Shown: one piece after another, positions 8,293 through 16,934 of the stretch
Layout of the letters: each line of letters starts with the position of its first letter
How positions within the stretch are numbered: position 1 is the first letter of the stretch
Source: Candidatus Aminicenantes bacterium
GTDB lineage: Bacteria; Acidobacteriota; Aminicenantia; UBA2199
DNA length: 37,423 nucleotides
Direction: 5' to 3'
Assembly (NCBI GenBank): GCA_023137075.1
Contig: JAGLQA010000240.1
Location: forward strand, 1 to 37,423
The notes under the pieces: generated by a model
Told to the model about the DNA's origin: nothing
Seen by the model: the letters and a program-made list of their open reading frames with translations, nothing else
Databases searched by the model: none
Translations under genes and position numbers: made by a program

Positions 8293-8885
8293 TGGATTTA
8301 CAAAGTTTACCCTGGTATGGTCAGTTTCTTGTTTTTTTGATTATCGGCGCCGTTGCTTTCGGCCTTTTTTATTTTATGATGTATTCAGGCACCCAGGACC
8401 GGGTCAACAATTTAGATGTCCAGATTGATGACCTTGATAGAATCATACGAACCGCCGAACAAAAAGAGAGAAAATTGCCGCAGCTTCAAGAAGAGGTAAA
8501 ACGGCGGGAAGTTGTGCTAAATAAGTTAAAGGAAATTTTACCGGAACAGAATGAAATCGCCGGTATTATTAAAAAAATCGAGTCGATTCTTTCCGCGTCG
8601 AGGCTGAAAATACAAAGGTGGTCGAAGCCTGTGGAAAGGTCCCATGAAATTTATATCCAGCACCAGTTATCCATAGAAGTTGAAGGGACGTACCACAACT
8701 TAGGGATGTTCTTTGACAAGCTATCAACGATAAAGAAGATATTTAACGTAACGTCCCTGACGATCCAGCCTGTCAGAAAAAAGGGGTCCGACTACACAAT
8801 AAAAGCGAATTTTCAAGCGTCGACCTTCACCTACCAGGAGAAGAAAGCCGCTCCGAAGAAAAAATCGAGAGGGAGAAAAAGATGA
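8292..8885 (+). CDS. pilO: Type IV pilus assembly protein PilO
   Basis: 197 aa with one N-terminal TM helix, a coiled coil and a C-terminal alpha/beta domain. A TAATG overlap links it to pilN. The operon position also supports the call. Confidence 0.7.
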   Translation: MDLQSLPWYGQFLVFLIIGAVAFGLFYFMMYSGTQDRVNNLDVQIDDLDRIIRTAEQKERKLPQLQEEVKRREVVLNKLKEILPEQNEIAGIIKKIESILSASRLKIQRWSKPVERSHEIYIQHQLSIEVEGTYHNLGMFFDKLSTIKKIFNVTSLTIQPVRKKGSDYTIKANFQASTFTYQEKKAAPKKKSRGRKR

Positions 8886-9379
8886 AAATATTGATCTTTA
8901 TTCTAATTTTCTCTTTATGTTTCGGGTATTCTCAGGACGCCCGGGCTAAGAACGATAAAAAAGAAAAAAAGGTAGAAGAAAAAGCCGTATCCTCTGACGA
9001 ACAACTTCAGCAAGAATTAGACCCGGGTGTATTTGTCTATAAACCGGATGGCAGACGTGACCCGTTCAAAAATTTACTCTCGGGTAGAGATAAGCCCTTA
9101 AACAGGGAAGCCTTAGAAGGAATTGCCGGGCTGACCATTAGTGAATTGTCGCTTGAAGGCATCATGGGGCTGGGAAGCGGTGAATTTAAGGCCTTTTTAA
9201 AGGGACCGAAAAATCATCCCTATGATGTTTCCGTCGGAGATAAAGTGTACGATGGAGAAGTGGTGGAAATCACTGATAACTCCATTGTGTTTAAACAAAT
9301 ATTAACCGTTGCCCTGGGTGGGACAAAGGAGAGAAAGGTGGTTAAATGGTTAAACCCCGAAGAGGAGGTAGCAAAATGA
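8882..9379 (+). CDS. pilP: PilP-like pilus assembly protein (secreted or lipoprotein)
   Basis: 165 aa with a signal peptide and a C-terminal beta-domain (GDKVYDGEVVEITDNSIVF) like PilP. ATGA overlaps occur at both ends. Confidence 0.55.
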   Translation: MKILIFILIFSLCFGYSQDARAKNDKKEKKVEEKAVSSDEQLQQELDPGVFVYKPDGRRDPFKNLLSGRDKPLNREALEGIAGLTISELSLEGIMGLGSGEFKAFLKGPKNHPYDVSVGDKVYDGEVVEITDNSIVFKQILTVALGGTKERKVVKWLNPEEEVAK

Positions 9380-11733
9380 AGAAACTAAAAGCGTCACCCT
9401 TTGTAATGTTTTTTGTTTTTTTTATACTGGCCAATTCTGCGCAATATGCAGTTAATAGAGTAAATATAGAAGATGTTGAATACCTGAAGGGAACGGATTT
9501 TGTGCAATTACGCTTTGTGACCGATAAAATCATCTCGATACCGGATGTATTTTACCCGGATGAAGGTAATCCGAAGCGCCTGATTATGAGGATCGGAGAT
9601 GTGATGTTCAATATTAGCAAAGACAGTTTCCAATTTGACTCCCAGGTTATCGACAGCGTCACATTTAGCACAAAGAATAACTTTACGGATGTTGAAATCA
9701 CGTTAAGAGAAAGAGTCAATTACCGGGTATTTACCAACCGGAATGGACTATATATTGAATTCCCCAATATAAAAAGAACCGCGGCGGCACCGCAATACGC
9801 CCCTATCAGGCAGAAGCCGGTTCCTGTAAATGTAAGCAGGAAAGGGATAGACAGCGCCGGGCTGAATTCAATCAAGGATATCAGGATAACCGAAAAAAAT
9901 GCCGATAAGATCCGGGTTGAATTCGTGCTGGCCAATGCCGTCAATTATAATGTCATCCCGATTCATGATCCACCGGTAAGATTGGCAATCGACCTGAAAA
10001 ATACCCGCTCCCGAAGACTGAAAAGAGCGATCAACCATTTGAACGTTAAAAGCCTTAGAGGCGATTGCAATACGTCCAGTGTTTTCAGGATCGTGTTTGA
10101 CCTGTTTTACTTAAAAAGTTACAGCGTATCCTTGAAAAAAAACGTACTGGAAGTTGAATTTTTTAGTGCCAATTCTCTTGCCCAAAAGAGAAAGGAACCT
10201 GAGAAAAAAACCGAAGTAGAAAAGAAAATCCCTCTTAAAAAAGCTATTAAAACCACGCCGGATGAAGATAATACCCGGCAGGAAATTAAGGTGAATCCCG
10301 TTGAAGAAGTAAAACCCAGGATCGTAATTACCAATAGTGACATAGAAAAGAGTGAGTTTTTTTCGGAAGAGAAATCTATCGTGGCCGGAGGACAGGCGCA
10401 GGATCTCGAGTCGGATCCACCCCAGGCCGTCATCCAGGCGAGCTCCCTGTTTCAAAACAAGGTCATTAGAGACGGCAAAAAAGAATGGAAAGGCGCTTTA
10501 CGGTCCTATCATTTAAAGGACCAGGACTTAGTCAACCTATTGATCCACTTTGCCAGGGATACCGGGATAAGCATGGTCTTTGACCCGAATATCTCCGGGA
10601 CAGTTACCGCTGAATTGAACCAGGTGCCCTGGGACCAGGCATTGGATATCTTTTTACGGCAGAACGGGCTCGGCATGCAGCATGAAGGAAATGTCATACG
10701 GATAGCCACCATTAGCCGGCTGACCAAGGAATCCAAAGATAGAAGACAATTGCAGGAATCGAGGGAGTCGGAAGCCGAGCTTGACACCCGGACACGGGTG
10801 CTGAGTTATGCCAAAGCCTCGGAAGTAAAAAGCATATTAGATAAGTCGCTCACAACGCGCGGCAATATCGAGGTGGATCAGAGAAGCAATACCCTGATTA
10901 TTACCGAAGTGCCCGACAATTTTGTCATATTAGACGGGTTAATAGCAGCCGTGGATACCGCTACTCCCCAGGTATCCATCGAAGCCAGGATTATCGAGAC
11001 CAACTCTAACTACTCCAAAAACCTCGGTGTCCAGTGGGGCTATCGATTTATGGCGGATTCGGCCTACGGCAACCAGACATCAATGAAGTTCCCCAACTCC
11101 ATCGGGGCATTAGGCAACCAATTGGACTCGCGCATACTGCCTGCTATAGGGCCCTTGGCCGGGTATGCCGTCAACCTGCCCGCTCCCGGCGCCACCTCAG
11201 CCGCCACCTTTACCCTGGGCAATGTTTCAAACACCTTTCGCTTAGATATGGCGATTTCCGCGATGCAGAGAAAAGGTAAAGGTAGAATAATCCAGGCGCC
11301 TCGCTTTGTCACCCAGAATAATGTAGAGGCAACCATCAAGCAGGGGTACAGTATCCCGATTCAGATACTGCAGAACAACACCATCCAGGTACAGTACAAG
11401 GAAGCTGTATTGTCCCTGACCGTTAAACCCACCATAACGGCAGACGACAGCATAACAATGGAAATAAATATCACCAACGACAACGTCGATTGGGGTAATT
11501 ATGTCGATAAATTCCCCGCCCTCTTAACCCAATCCGCCGAGACCACGATAAAGGCAAAGAATGGGGAAACCATTGTTATCGGCGGGATGTATAAGATTGA
11601 AACCGGTACGACTAAAAATTCGGTTCCCCTGTTGTATAAGCTGCCGCTGTTGGGAAATTTATTCAAAAGCAAGATAAAAAGCACTCAATCCAGGGAGACT
11701 TTAATATTTATAACTCCGCGGATCGTAAGATAG
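9376..11733 (+). CDS. pilQ: Type IV pilus secretin PilQ with N-terminal AMIN-like domains
   Basis: The C-terminal secretin domain is recognisable (GETIVIGGMY..VPLLYKLPLLGNLFKSK..RETLIFITPRIV). Upstream are N0/N1-like repeats and two AMIN-like modules. I moved the start from 9346 to the ATG at 9376 (MKKLKASPF signal peptide), which has a GGAGG 7 nt upstream and an ATGA overlap with the pilP stop. Confidence 0.9.
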   Translation: MKKLKASPFVMFFVFFILANSAQYAVNRVNIEDVEYLKGTDFVQLRFVTDKIISIPDVFYPDEGNPKRLIMRIGDVMFNISKDSFQFDSQVIDSVTFSTKNNFTDVEITLRERVNYRVFTNRNGLYIEFPNIKRTAAAPQYAPIRQKPVPVNVSRKGIDSAGLNSIKDIRITEKNADKIRVEFVLANAVNYNVIPIHDPPVRLAIDLKNTRSRRLKRAINHLNVKSLRGDCNTSSVFRIVFDLFYLKSYSVSLKKNVLEVEFFSANSLAQKRKEPEKKTEVEKKIPLKKAIKTTPDEDNTRQEIKVNPVEEVKPRIVITNSDIEKSEFFSEEKSIVAGGQAQDLESDPPQAVIQASSLFQNKVIRDGKKEWKGALRSYHLKDQDLVNLLIHFARDTGISMVFDPNISGTVTAELNQVPWDQALDIFLRQNGLGMQHEGNVIRIATISRLTKESKDRRQLQESRESEAELDTRTRVLSYAKASEVKSILDKSLTTRGNIEVDQRSNTLIITEVPDNFVILDGLIAAVDTATPQVSIEARIIETNSNYSKNLGVQWGYRFMADSAYGNQTSMKFPNSIGALGNQLDSRILPAIGPLAGYAVNLPAPGATSAATFTLGNVSNTFRLDMAISAMQRKGKGRIIQAPRFVTQNNVEATIKQGYSIPIQILQNNTIQVQYKEAVLSLTVKPTITADDSITMEINITNDNVDWGNYVDKFPALLTQSAETTIKAKNGETIVIGGMYKIETGTTKNSVPLLYKLPLLGNLFKSKIKSTQSRETLIFITPRIVR

Positions 11734-11743
11734 GAGGTTAAAA

Positions 11744-12334
11744 ATGAAAAAAATGAGATTTTTATTTTTTATAGGATTCATCCTGATGCTGGTTAACTTC
11801 TCAGCATGCAACAAATTAGAGAATGCGACCACCTCCGCTTCAAAATTAATGGTCGATATAATCACCGGCACCGATTTGACGGGATCGGCGGGTTCCACCA
11901 CCATATTTTCCGACGTGGTGATTAAAGGCGGTATTTTTAACGACAGTGCCGAAGCAACGGTAAGAGCCGTGTTGTTGGACCCGTATGGGGGAGCGTTGCC
12001 AAACACGTTTTATCAAACCATCATCATTGACCGCATTCAAATTGAATATTCTCGCAGCGACGGCCTGAGCGAGCAGGGCAAGGATGTGCCCTACGCGTTT
12101 TCCCAGGATGTGAATGTGTCCATCGATATTGACTCGGTAGTCTCTTTTTCCTTTGTTTTGGTGCAGCACACGGCAAAATTAGAGCCCCCCCTCCTCAACC
12201 TCAGGTATGCCCTTGAAGTATTAAAAATGGAAGCTAAAATCACCTTTTACGGCAAAGATGTGGGCGGCAGACGGATCGCCCCGGTTACCGGCAGCGTTTC
12301 GGTCTGGTTCGCGGATTTCGCCGATGAGGAGTAG
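11744..12334 (+). CDS. Lipoprotein of unknown function, immediately downstream of pilQ
   Basis: 196 aa. The signal peptide has a lipobox-like NFSAC. The sequence is beta-rich. AGGAGG lies 6 nt upstream, and the gene starts 10 nt after the pilQ stop. Confidence 0.6.
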   Translation: MKKMRFLFFIGFILMLVNFSACNKLENATTSASKLMVDIITGTDLTGSAGSTTIFSDVVIKGGIFNDSAEATVRAVLLDPYGGALPNTFYQTIIIDRIQIEYSRSDGLSEQGKDVPYAFSQDVNVSIDIDSVVSFSFVLVQHTAKLEPPLLNLRYALEVLKMEAKITFYGKDVGGRRIAPVTGSVSVWFADFADEE

Positions 12335-12375
12335 GAAGAAGAGTGGTAATGATTACTTTAAAACGGAGGTTTAAG

Positions 12376-13470
12376 ATGAAAAAATATAAATTAGCGACCC
12401 TGGTTCTGGTCAGCATTTTTTTAATGATAAATACATCCACCTGTAAACGGAATAATGCCGGTGATCCCGACAATATCGGCCCCACCGGGCACTCGATTAC
12501 CTTATCAGGTTCGGCCAACCCGGATACGGTTACTATGCCGACTCCGAATTATACCCTTATCACCATCAAAGCAACCCGGTACGATCCCGATGCCCCGGAG
12601 CCCTATGCGCCCGCCAATAATGAAAAGATCGTGCTTCAACCGGGAGCTTACGGCCGGTTTGACGGTTACAATGTAAATAACACAGTTTCAAAGTACACCA
12701 ATTCATCCGGCATCGTGACCTGGAAGTATATCATTCCGCCAACCTACACCCCGCGAATTAGCACGACGGATTATATAAGAGCAATACTTGTGAACGAACA
12801 GGATCCTAATGACACGAGTATTTCGTTATTGGTGCCGGTAAACATTGTCCCCTTTCAAGAAAAAAATTATATTATCATCAGCGGTACGATAATCGACCAA
12901 TTTTCTAACAAAAAGGTTAAAAATGTTGTCGTCGAACTTTCCACCGGCGCTGTATATAAAACAGGAAGTACCGGGGTATATACCTTTACAATTTATGGAG
13001 GCGCGACGCTGGGATGGTATGGTGACATTACACCGACGAAAGAGGGAGCAACCTTTATTCCCGCTACTATCGCTTTAGGCAGCGAGGATGCCCCGATATA
13101 TTCGGATTACACGGGTCAAAATTTTTATGCAGTGGTTAAGCAGGAGATCCAGTCCAGTCGAACAGAAATCGAAGTTGTTGCAGGTTCAGGAGGAGGATAT
13201 GTTACAGAGATGCTATATATATATTGCTCTCCCGATGCGACTTTCCGGGCAACCTTTATTGCCTCATCTTCCGTGGGTTGGATAGAAGTCGGTTTAACAA
13301 ACACGGGACCCTGGAGTGGAAGTCTAACCTCGACATCTCCGAGGAATATACATATAAAAATAGATGATAATATTACAGGAGCCGTTAGAACCGGGGATGT
13401 GGTTATCACGGCCATAAGTCCTGAAAATGCCGTCAGCTCGGTAACAATCAGCATCAAGCAAGAATTATAA
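12376..13470 (+). CDS. Lipoprotein with a carboxypeptidase-regulatory-like beta-sandwich and a BACON-like C-terminal domain (tentative)
   Basis: I chose the start at 12376 (MKKYKLATLVLVSIFLMINTSTC) because a GGAGG lies 6 nt upstream. The IISGTIIDQFSNKKVKNVVVEL segment resembles CarboxypepD_reg domains. The C-terminus (GDVVITAISPENAVSSVTISIKQ) resembles BACON/Ig-like ends. Confidence 0.5.
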   Translation: MKKYKLATLVLVSIFLMINTSTCKRNNAGDPDNIGPTGHSITLSGSANPDTVTMPTPNYTLITIKATRYDPDAPEPYAPANNEKIVLQPGAYGRFDGYNVNNTVSKYTNSSGIVTWKYIIPPTYTPRISTTDYIRAILVNEQDPNDTSISLLVPVNIVPFQEKNYIIISGTIIDQFSNKKVKNVVVELSTGAVYKTGSTGVYTFTIYGGATLGWYGDITPTKEGATFIPATIALGSEDAPIYSDYTGQNFYAVVKQEIQSSRTEIEVVAGSGGGYVTEMLYIYCSPDATFRATFIASSSVGWIEVGLTNTGPWSGSLTSTSPRNIHIKIDDNITGAVRTGDVVITAISPENAVSSVTISIKQEL

Positions 13471-13501
13471 GTGAATTATATCCAGGAATAGGTACAGTAT
13501 A

Positions 13502-15250
13502 TTGGAAAACCTGAAATCTGAGAAGGAGCAACTGGCCCGGTTGGAACAACTGCGCAGGGAGAAGAAGTATAAAGAATTCTTCAGCGCGGCAGAAGAAGCG
13601 GCCATGGCTTTCCCCGATTCATACCCGGTTAAATTTTTATACGCCGAAGTCCTTAGCGAAACAAAGCAGGTGGAAGAAGCGGAGAATGTACTGAAAGATT
13701 TGTTGTTTACCTATCCCGATAATATTAACCTGCTTTTAGAATTGGGCAAGGTCACGTTCAATTTGGAAAAAAACGATGAGGCAGCCGAATATTTTAATAA
13801 AATCCTCTTTTTGGACCCCTTTAACGACCAGGCCAAGACACTGTTGGTGAAAATCGAGAAATCAAAGAAAGACACACCGGCAGGCGAAGTAGAAGCAGCA
13901 GAAGAAGAAGAAGAAAAACCCCTGAATTTTATCACCTATACAAAGGAAAAAGAAAAAGTCAGGCAGGAAGAGTTCGTTATGCCCGAAGTTCCGGCGGAAG
14001 AAGCTCCGGAAAAGAGGTCAGAAATCGATACCACCCCCTTTACGGCAGCCACAAAACCCGAAGATGAACTCGATATATTAGAAAAAAAACCGGATTTCGA
14101 TACGAAAAAAGTGGTGTTCGACATTCCCTCATCCGTCGGTTCACCGGAACAACCGGCCGCTGCCCCACCCCCCTTGCCGGCGGATCTTCAGCCTGGGGAA
14201 AAAGAGCCGGATATTGAGTTCGATATCCCTTCCCTGGACGAACCGGCGCCTCCGTCATTCGGTCAGTCCCCGGTTCCGGCAGAATCGCGGGCTGAAGCGG
14301 AAATACCGGGTATTGATATTGAGTTTGACATCCCCTCTTTAGATGAACCGGGGCAGCCCCCTGCTGAACCGCCGCCCCTCCCGGTAGATATTCAACCCGG
14401 AAAGGAAGAATTAGAAATGGGATTCGATATCCCTTCCCTGGGCGAACCGGTTCAACCGCCCCCCATCCCGGAGGCGCCCGCGCAAAAACCAGGTGCGTAT
14501 ACAAAAGAAGTGGCCGCGGTAAAACCACCGGAGGAGGCAGGGGAAAAATCGGGGCAGGATGCGGTAGTTGCCGGCCGGGAAGCGGAACCGGCAGACTCTG
14601 AGGCTGCTGCGGATACCATCGTTGAAATGGAAGCGCCGCAAATGCCCGGTGTCGAACAAGGCCCTCCAATCCCGCCGCCGGGATTGGAAGATGACATGCC
14701 GGCTGTCCGGGAAAAGGAAGCTGAATTTGAATATGAAATCCCGGCGCAGCGCCCGGCCGCGGACGAGGTGGGCGAATTTGAGATACCCTCGTCCCTTGAG
14801 GACAGCCAGGATGATATAAGAGTGGAATACGAAATTCCGGCCCGGGAACCGCTCACTACCGTGGACGAGGTTGAAAAATTTGAGATACCCCCGGCGCAAC
14901 CGTCCGAAACCGCGGACAGGGAAGAGATCGACATTCCACCAATAGGGGAAACAGACCGGGAACATATAGAGATAGGGGAGACAGGCTCACCCGGGGAGAA
15001 AGTTGAGGATGGCGGGAATCAACAAGAGGAAGGAGAATTTATGACCGAAAGCGCTGCCGAACTCTATCTTTCTCAAGGACTTATCGATGACGCCTTAACC
15101 ATTTACGAGAAGTTATACCAGGCTCGTAAAGAGGAGAGATATTTAGTAAAAATTAAGCAAATATCCGGGAAAAGGATTACCCGAAAAAAAATACAGGCTC
15201 TAACCCGGCTGTTGAATTTAATTGAGAAAAAAGGAGAGAATCGTGTTTGA
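13502..15250 (+). CDS. TPR protein with a long acidic, Pro/Glu-rich repeat region and a terminal TPR-like motif
   Basis: 582 aa from a TTG start. The next in-frame ATG would delete part of the first TPR. The N-terminus has 2-3 TPRs. The central ~280 aa hold three long repeats (DIEFDIPSLDEP..) plus degenerate [FYI]-[DE]-I-P copies. The C-terminus reads AAELYLSQGLIDDALTIYEKLY. Confidence 0.6.
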   Translation: MENLKSEKEQLARLEQLRREKKYKEFFSAAEEAAMAFPDSYPVKFLYAEVLSETKQVEEAENVLKDLLFTYPDNINLLLELGKVTFNLEKNDEAAEYFNKILFLDPFNDQAKTLLVKIEKSKKDTPAGEVEAAEEEEEKPLNFITYTKEKEKVRQEEFVMPEVPAEEAPEKRSEIDTTPFTAATKPEDELDILEKKPDFDTKKVVFDIPSSVGSPEQPAAAPPPLPADLQPGEKEPDIEFDIPSLDEPAPPSFGQSPVPAESRAEAEIPGIDIEFDIPSLDEPGQPPAEPPPLPVDIQPGKEELEMGFDIPSLGEPVQPPPIPEAPAQKPGAYTKEVAAVKPPEEAGEKSGQDAVVAGREAEPADSEAAADTIVEMEAPQMPGVEQGPPIPPPGLEDDMPAVREKEAEFEYEIPAQRPAADEVGEFEIPSSLEDSQDDIRVEYEIPAREPLTTVDEVEKFEIPPAQPSETADREEIDIPPIGETDREHIEIGETGSPGEKVEDGGNQQEEGEFMTESAAELYLSQGLIDDALTIYEKLYQARKEERYLVKIKQISGKRITRKKIQALTRLLNLIEKKGENRV

Positions 15251-15593
15251 AGAGATATTTACAAAATTCCACGATAAAAACAGGGAGATCAAGGTGATTG
15301 GCGTATGGGGAAAAGATGGTCTCGAATTGGAGAAGAAGTATTTCTCGGTGGCCGAGGGAATTGACCTGGACTTTACCGGTGCTGAATTGGCCGATGTCAT
15401 TTCAAAAATTGAAGGAATTAAAATTGCGCCGCAAAATTATTTCGTAAAACTGAGTTTTAAAGATTTCATGTTAATCGTTTTTTCTCTTACACCGGACTTT
15501 TTCATGGTTGTTTTATCGGAAAAAGACATTATCCTGGGAAAATTGAATTTTTACCTGAACCTGCATAAAAACAGGTTAATCTCCATGTTATAA
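15222..15593 (+). CDS. Small Roadblock/LC7 (MglB-like) fold protein (tentative)
   Basis: 123 aa. The pattern VIGVWGKDGLELE .. FMLIVFSLTPDFFMVVLSEKDIILGKLNFYL matches the general Roadblock/LC7 profile as I recall it. An alternative GTG start at 15243 has AAAGGAGAG upstream. Either start overlaps the end of the TPR gene. Confidence 0.4.
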   Translation: MRKKERIVFEEIFTKFHDKNREIKVIGVWGKDGLELEKKYFSVAEGIDLDFTGAELADVISKIEGIKIAPQNYFVKLSFKDFMLIVFSLTPDFFMVVLSEKDIILGKLNFYLNLHKNRLISML

Positions 15594-15606
15594 CCTGCCG
15601 GGTTTT

Positions 15607-16932
15607 TCATTTTACATAGCCGAGACTTTTTAATTCTTCCATCTTCTTTTTACCCAGTTTCACATCTTCCGTTTCCTGTTTGAATTTTTTACATTTTTTT
15701 TCAAAGGAAATGAACTTGATGAACAACCGGCTGGCCAGGCTTTTATTCTCCATAAAGGCATTCACCTTCTCACCGGGATCTGTTAGCAGGTTATAAAATT
15801 CTCTTTTATAACTGTCCCGGGATTGCTCCCGGTAAATCGATTTCCATTCTTTAAAAATGGTGGCCCGGTGAATGACTTTTTTGCTTTTCCCTTTTCGTTT
15901 TTGTTTTAACAGGTGTGAAAAAATATACCGGTCGCCCGGGGTGTTATTTTTGCCTTTTATCAGGGGCATTAAGTTAACGCCCGCTTCGGTTTCGCCGCTT
16001 TTAATCCCGAGATAGTTCCTCACCGTGGGTAAAATATCGATATTGCCGACGTTCTCCCTTATCCGCTTATGCCGCCGCTCTTTCCCGGGGAAATAAATAA
16101 GGAAAGGGACGCGGATAACTTCCGAATACAATGTGCTGCCGTGTCCCCATCTGCCCCGCTCTTTGAGCTCTTCACCGTGGTCCGCCGTGATGATCAACAG
16201 GGTGTTTTCCTCCCAGCCGAACAGTTCGTACATCTCCTTTATTTTTGCGTCCACATGATGAATCTCGCTGTCGTATTGGGCAATAAGATCGGCCAGGTGG
16301 TCCGCCTGTTCCCGGTAGAAAGGGGGCCGCTTATGTAAGGGCGTGTGGCAGTCATTGTAGTGGATATATAAAAAGTATTTCTTTTGGGCCTTCATTTCCA
16401 GCGACCATTTCTCTAAGTGACGGTTCATCTTCGACTCATCTTCATAAGGAAAGCGTTTGAACCTGTCGAAACCCTGGGTAAAACCTATTTTTTCACAGAT
16501 ATTGATGTTATCGGCAGCGCCGTAGGTTTTATAGCCTTTTTCCTTGAGCACTTCCGTGATGGTTTTGATTTTGGCCGGTATGCGGTTCAACCTGGTCCTG
16601 TGAAATTTACTGGCTAAATAGCCGGCCGTTACACCGTGCTGAAAGGGGTAAAGGGAGGTGAATATGGAAGCGGTAGACGGGGCCGTCCAGGATGACGCGG
16701 CAAAGGCATTGTCGAAAACGATACTCTGGGAAGCGATTTTAGTGAGAAAGGGGGCGGTCTCTTTTTTATACCCGTAAAAGGGGAGATGGTCCGCCCGCAG
16801 GGTGTCTAACACAATTAAAACGACATTGGGCTCGACCCTATTTTTTTTGCAATTTTGCAAGAAAAACAACGCTGCGGTCACCGGCACAATCACAACACAC
16901 AATAAAATCCAGTAGTTTTTCTTTAAAATCAT
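15607..16932 (-). CDS. Sulfatase-fold (alkaline phosphatase superfamily) enzyme with a Thr at the nucleophile position
   Basis: 441 aa with an N-terminal TM helix. It has VLIVLDTLRADHL metal-binding and ITADHGEEL motifs. The nucleophile segment reads SSWTAPSTASIFTS in place of the C/S-x-P-x-R motif. Confidence 0.7.
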   Translation of the reverse strand: MILKKNYWILLCVVIVPVTAALFFLQNCKKNRVEPNVVLIVLDTLRADHLPFYGYKKETAPFLTKIASQSIVFDNAFAASSWTAPSTASIFTSLYPFQHGVTAGYLASKFHRTRLNRIPAKIKTITEVLKEKGYKTYGAADNINICEKIGFTQGFDRFKRFPYEDESKMNRHLEKWSLEMKAQKKYFLYIHYNDCHTPLHKRPPFYREQADHLADLIAQYDSEIHHVDAKIKEMYELFGWEENTLLIITADHGEELKERGRWGHGSTLYSEVIRVPFLIYFPGKERRHKRIRENVGNIDILPTVRNYLGIKSGETEAGVNLMPLIKGKNNTPGDRYIFSHLLKQKRKGKSKKVIHRATIFKEWKSIYREQSRDSYKREFYNLLTDPGEKVNAFMENKSLASRLFIKFISFEKKCKKFKQETEDVKLGKKKMEELKSLGYVK

Positions 16933-16934
16933 TT

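Noticed and set aside
9346-9375. Longer N-terminal extensions given by the ORF track: pilQ 9346, lipoprotein 12343, DAO 27326, ferredoxin 28008, HcnB-like 31077, grx 34573, trx 34871
   Set aside because: In each case an internal ATG is preceded by a GGAGG/AAGGAG site and starts the recognisable domain or signal peptide. That ATG often forms an ATGA/TAATG overlap with the upstream gene. The extensions overlap upstream genes or promoters and have no homology-like features.
13711-14965. Several long minus-strand ORFs (74-209 aa) and an 83-aa plus-strand ORF overlapping the TPR/acidic repeat gene
   Set aside because: They lie antisense or out of frame in a GC-rich, Pro/Glu-codon repeat region that naturally lacks stop codons. 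Their products are low-complexity (Arg/Pro/Gly-rich). No SD sites are present.
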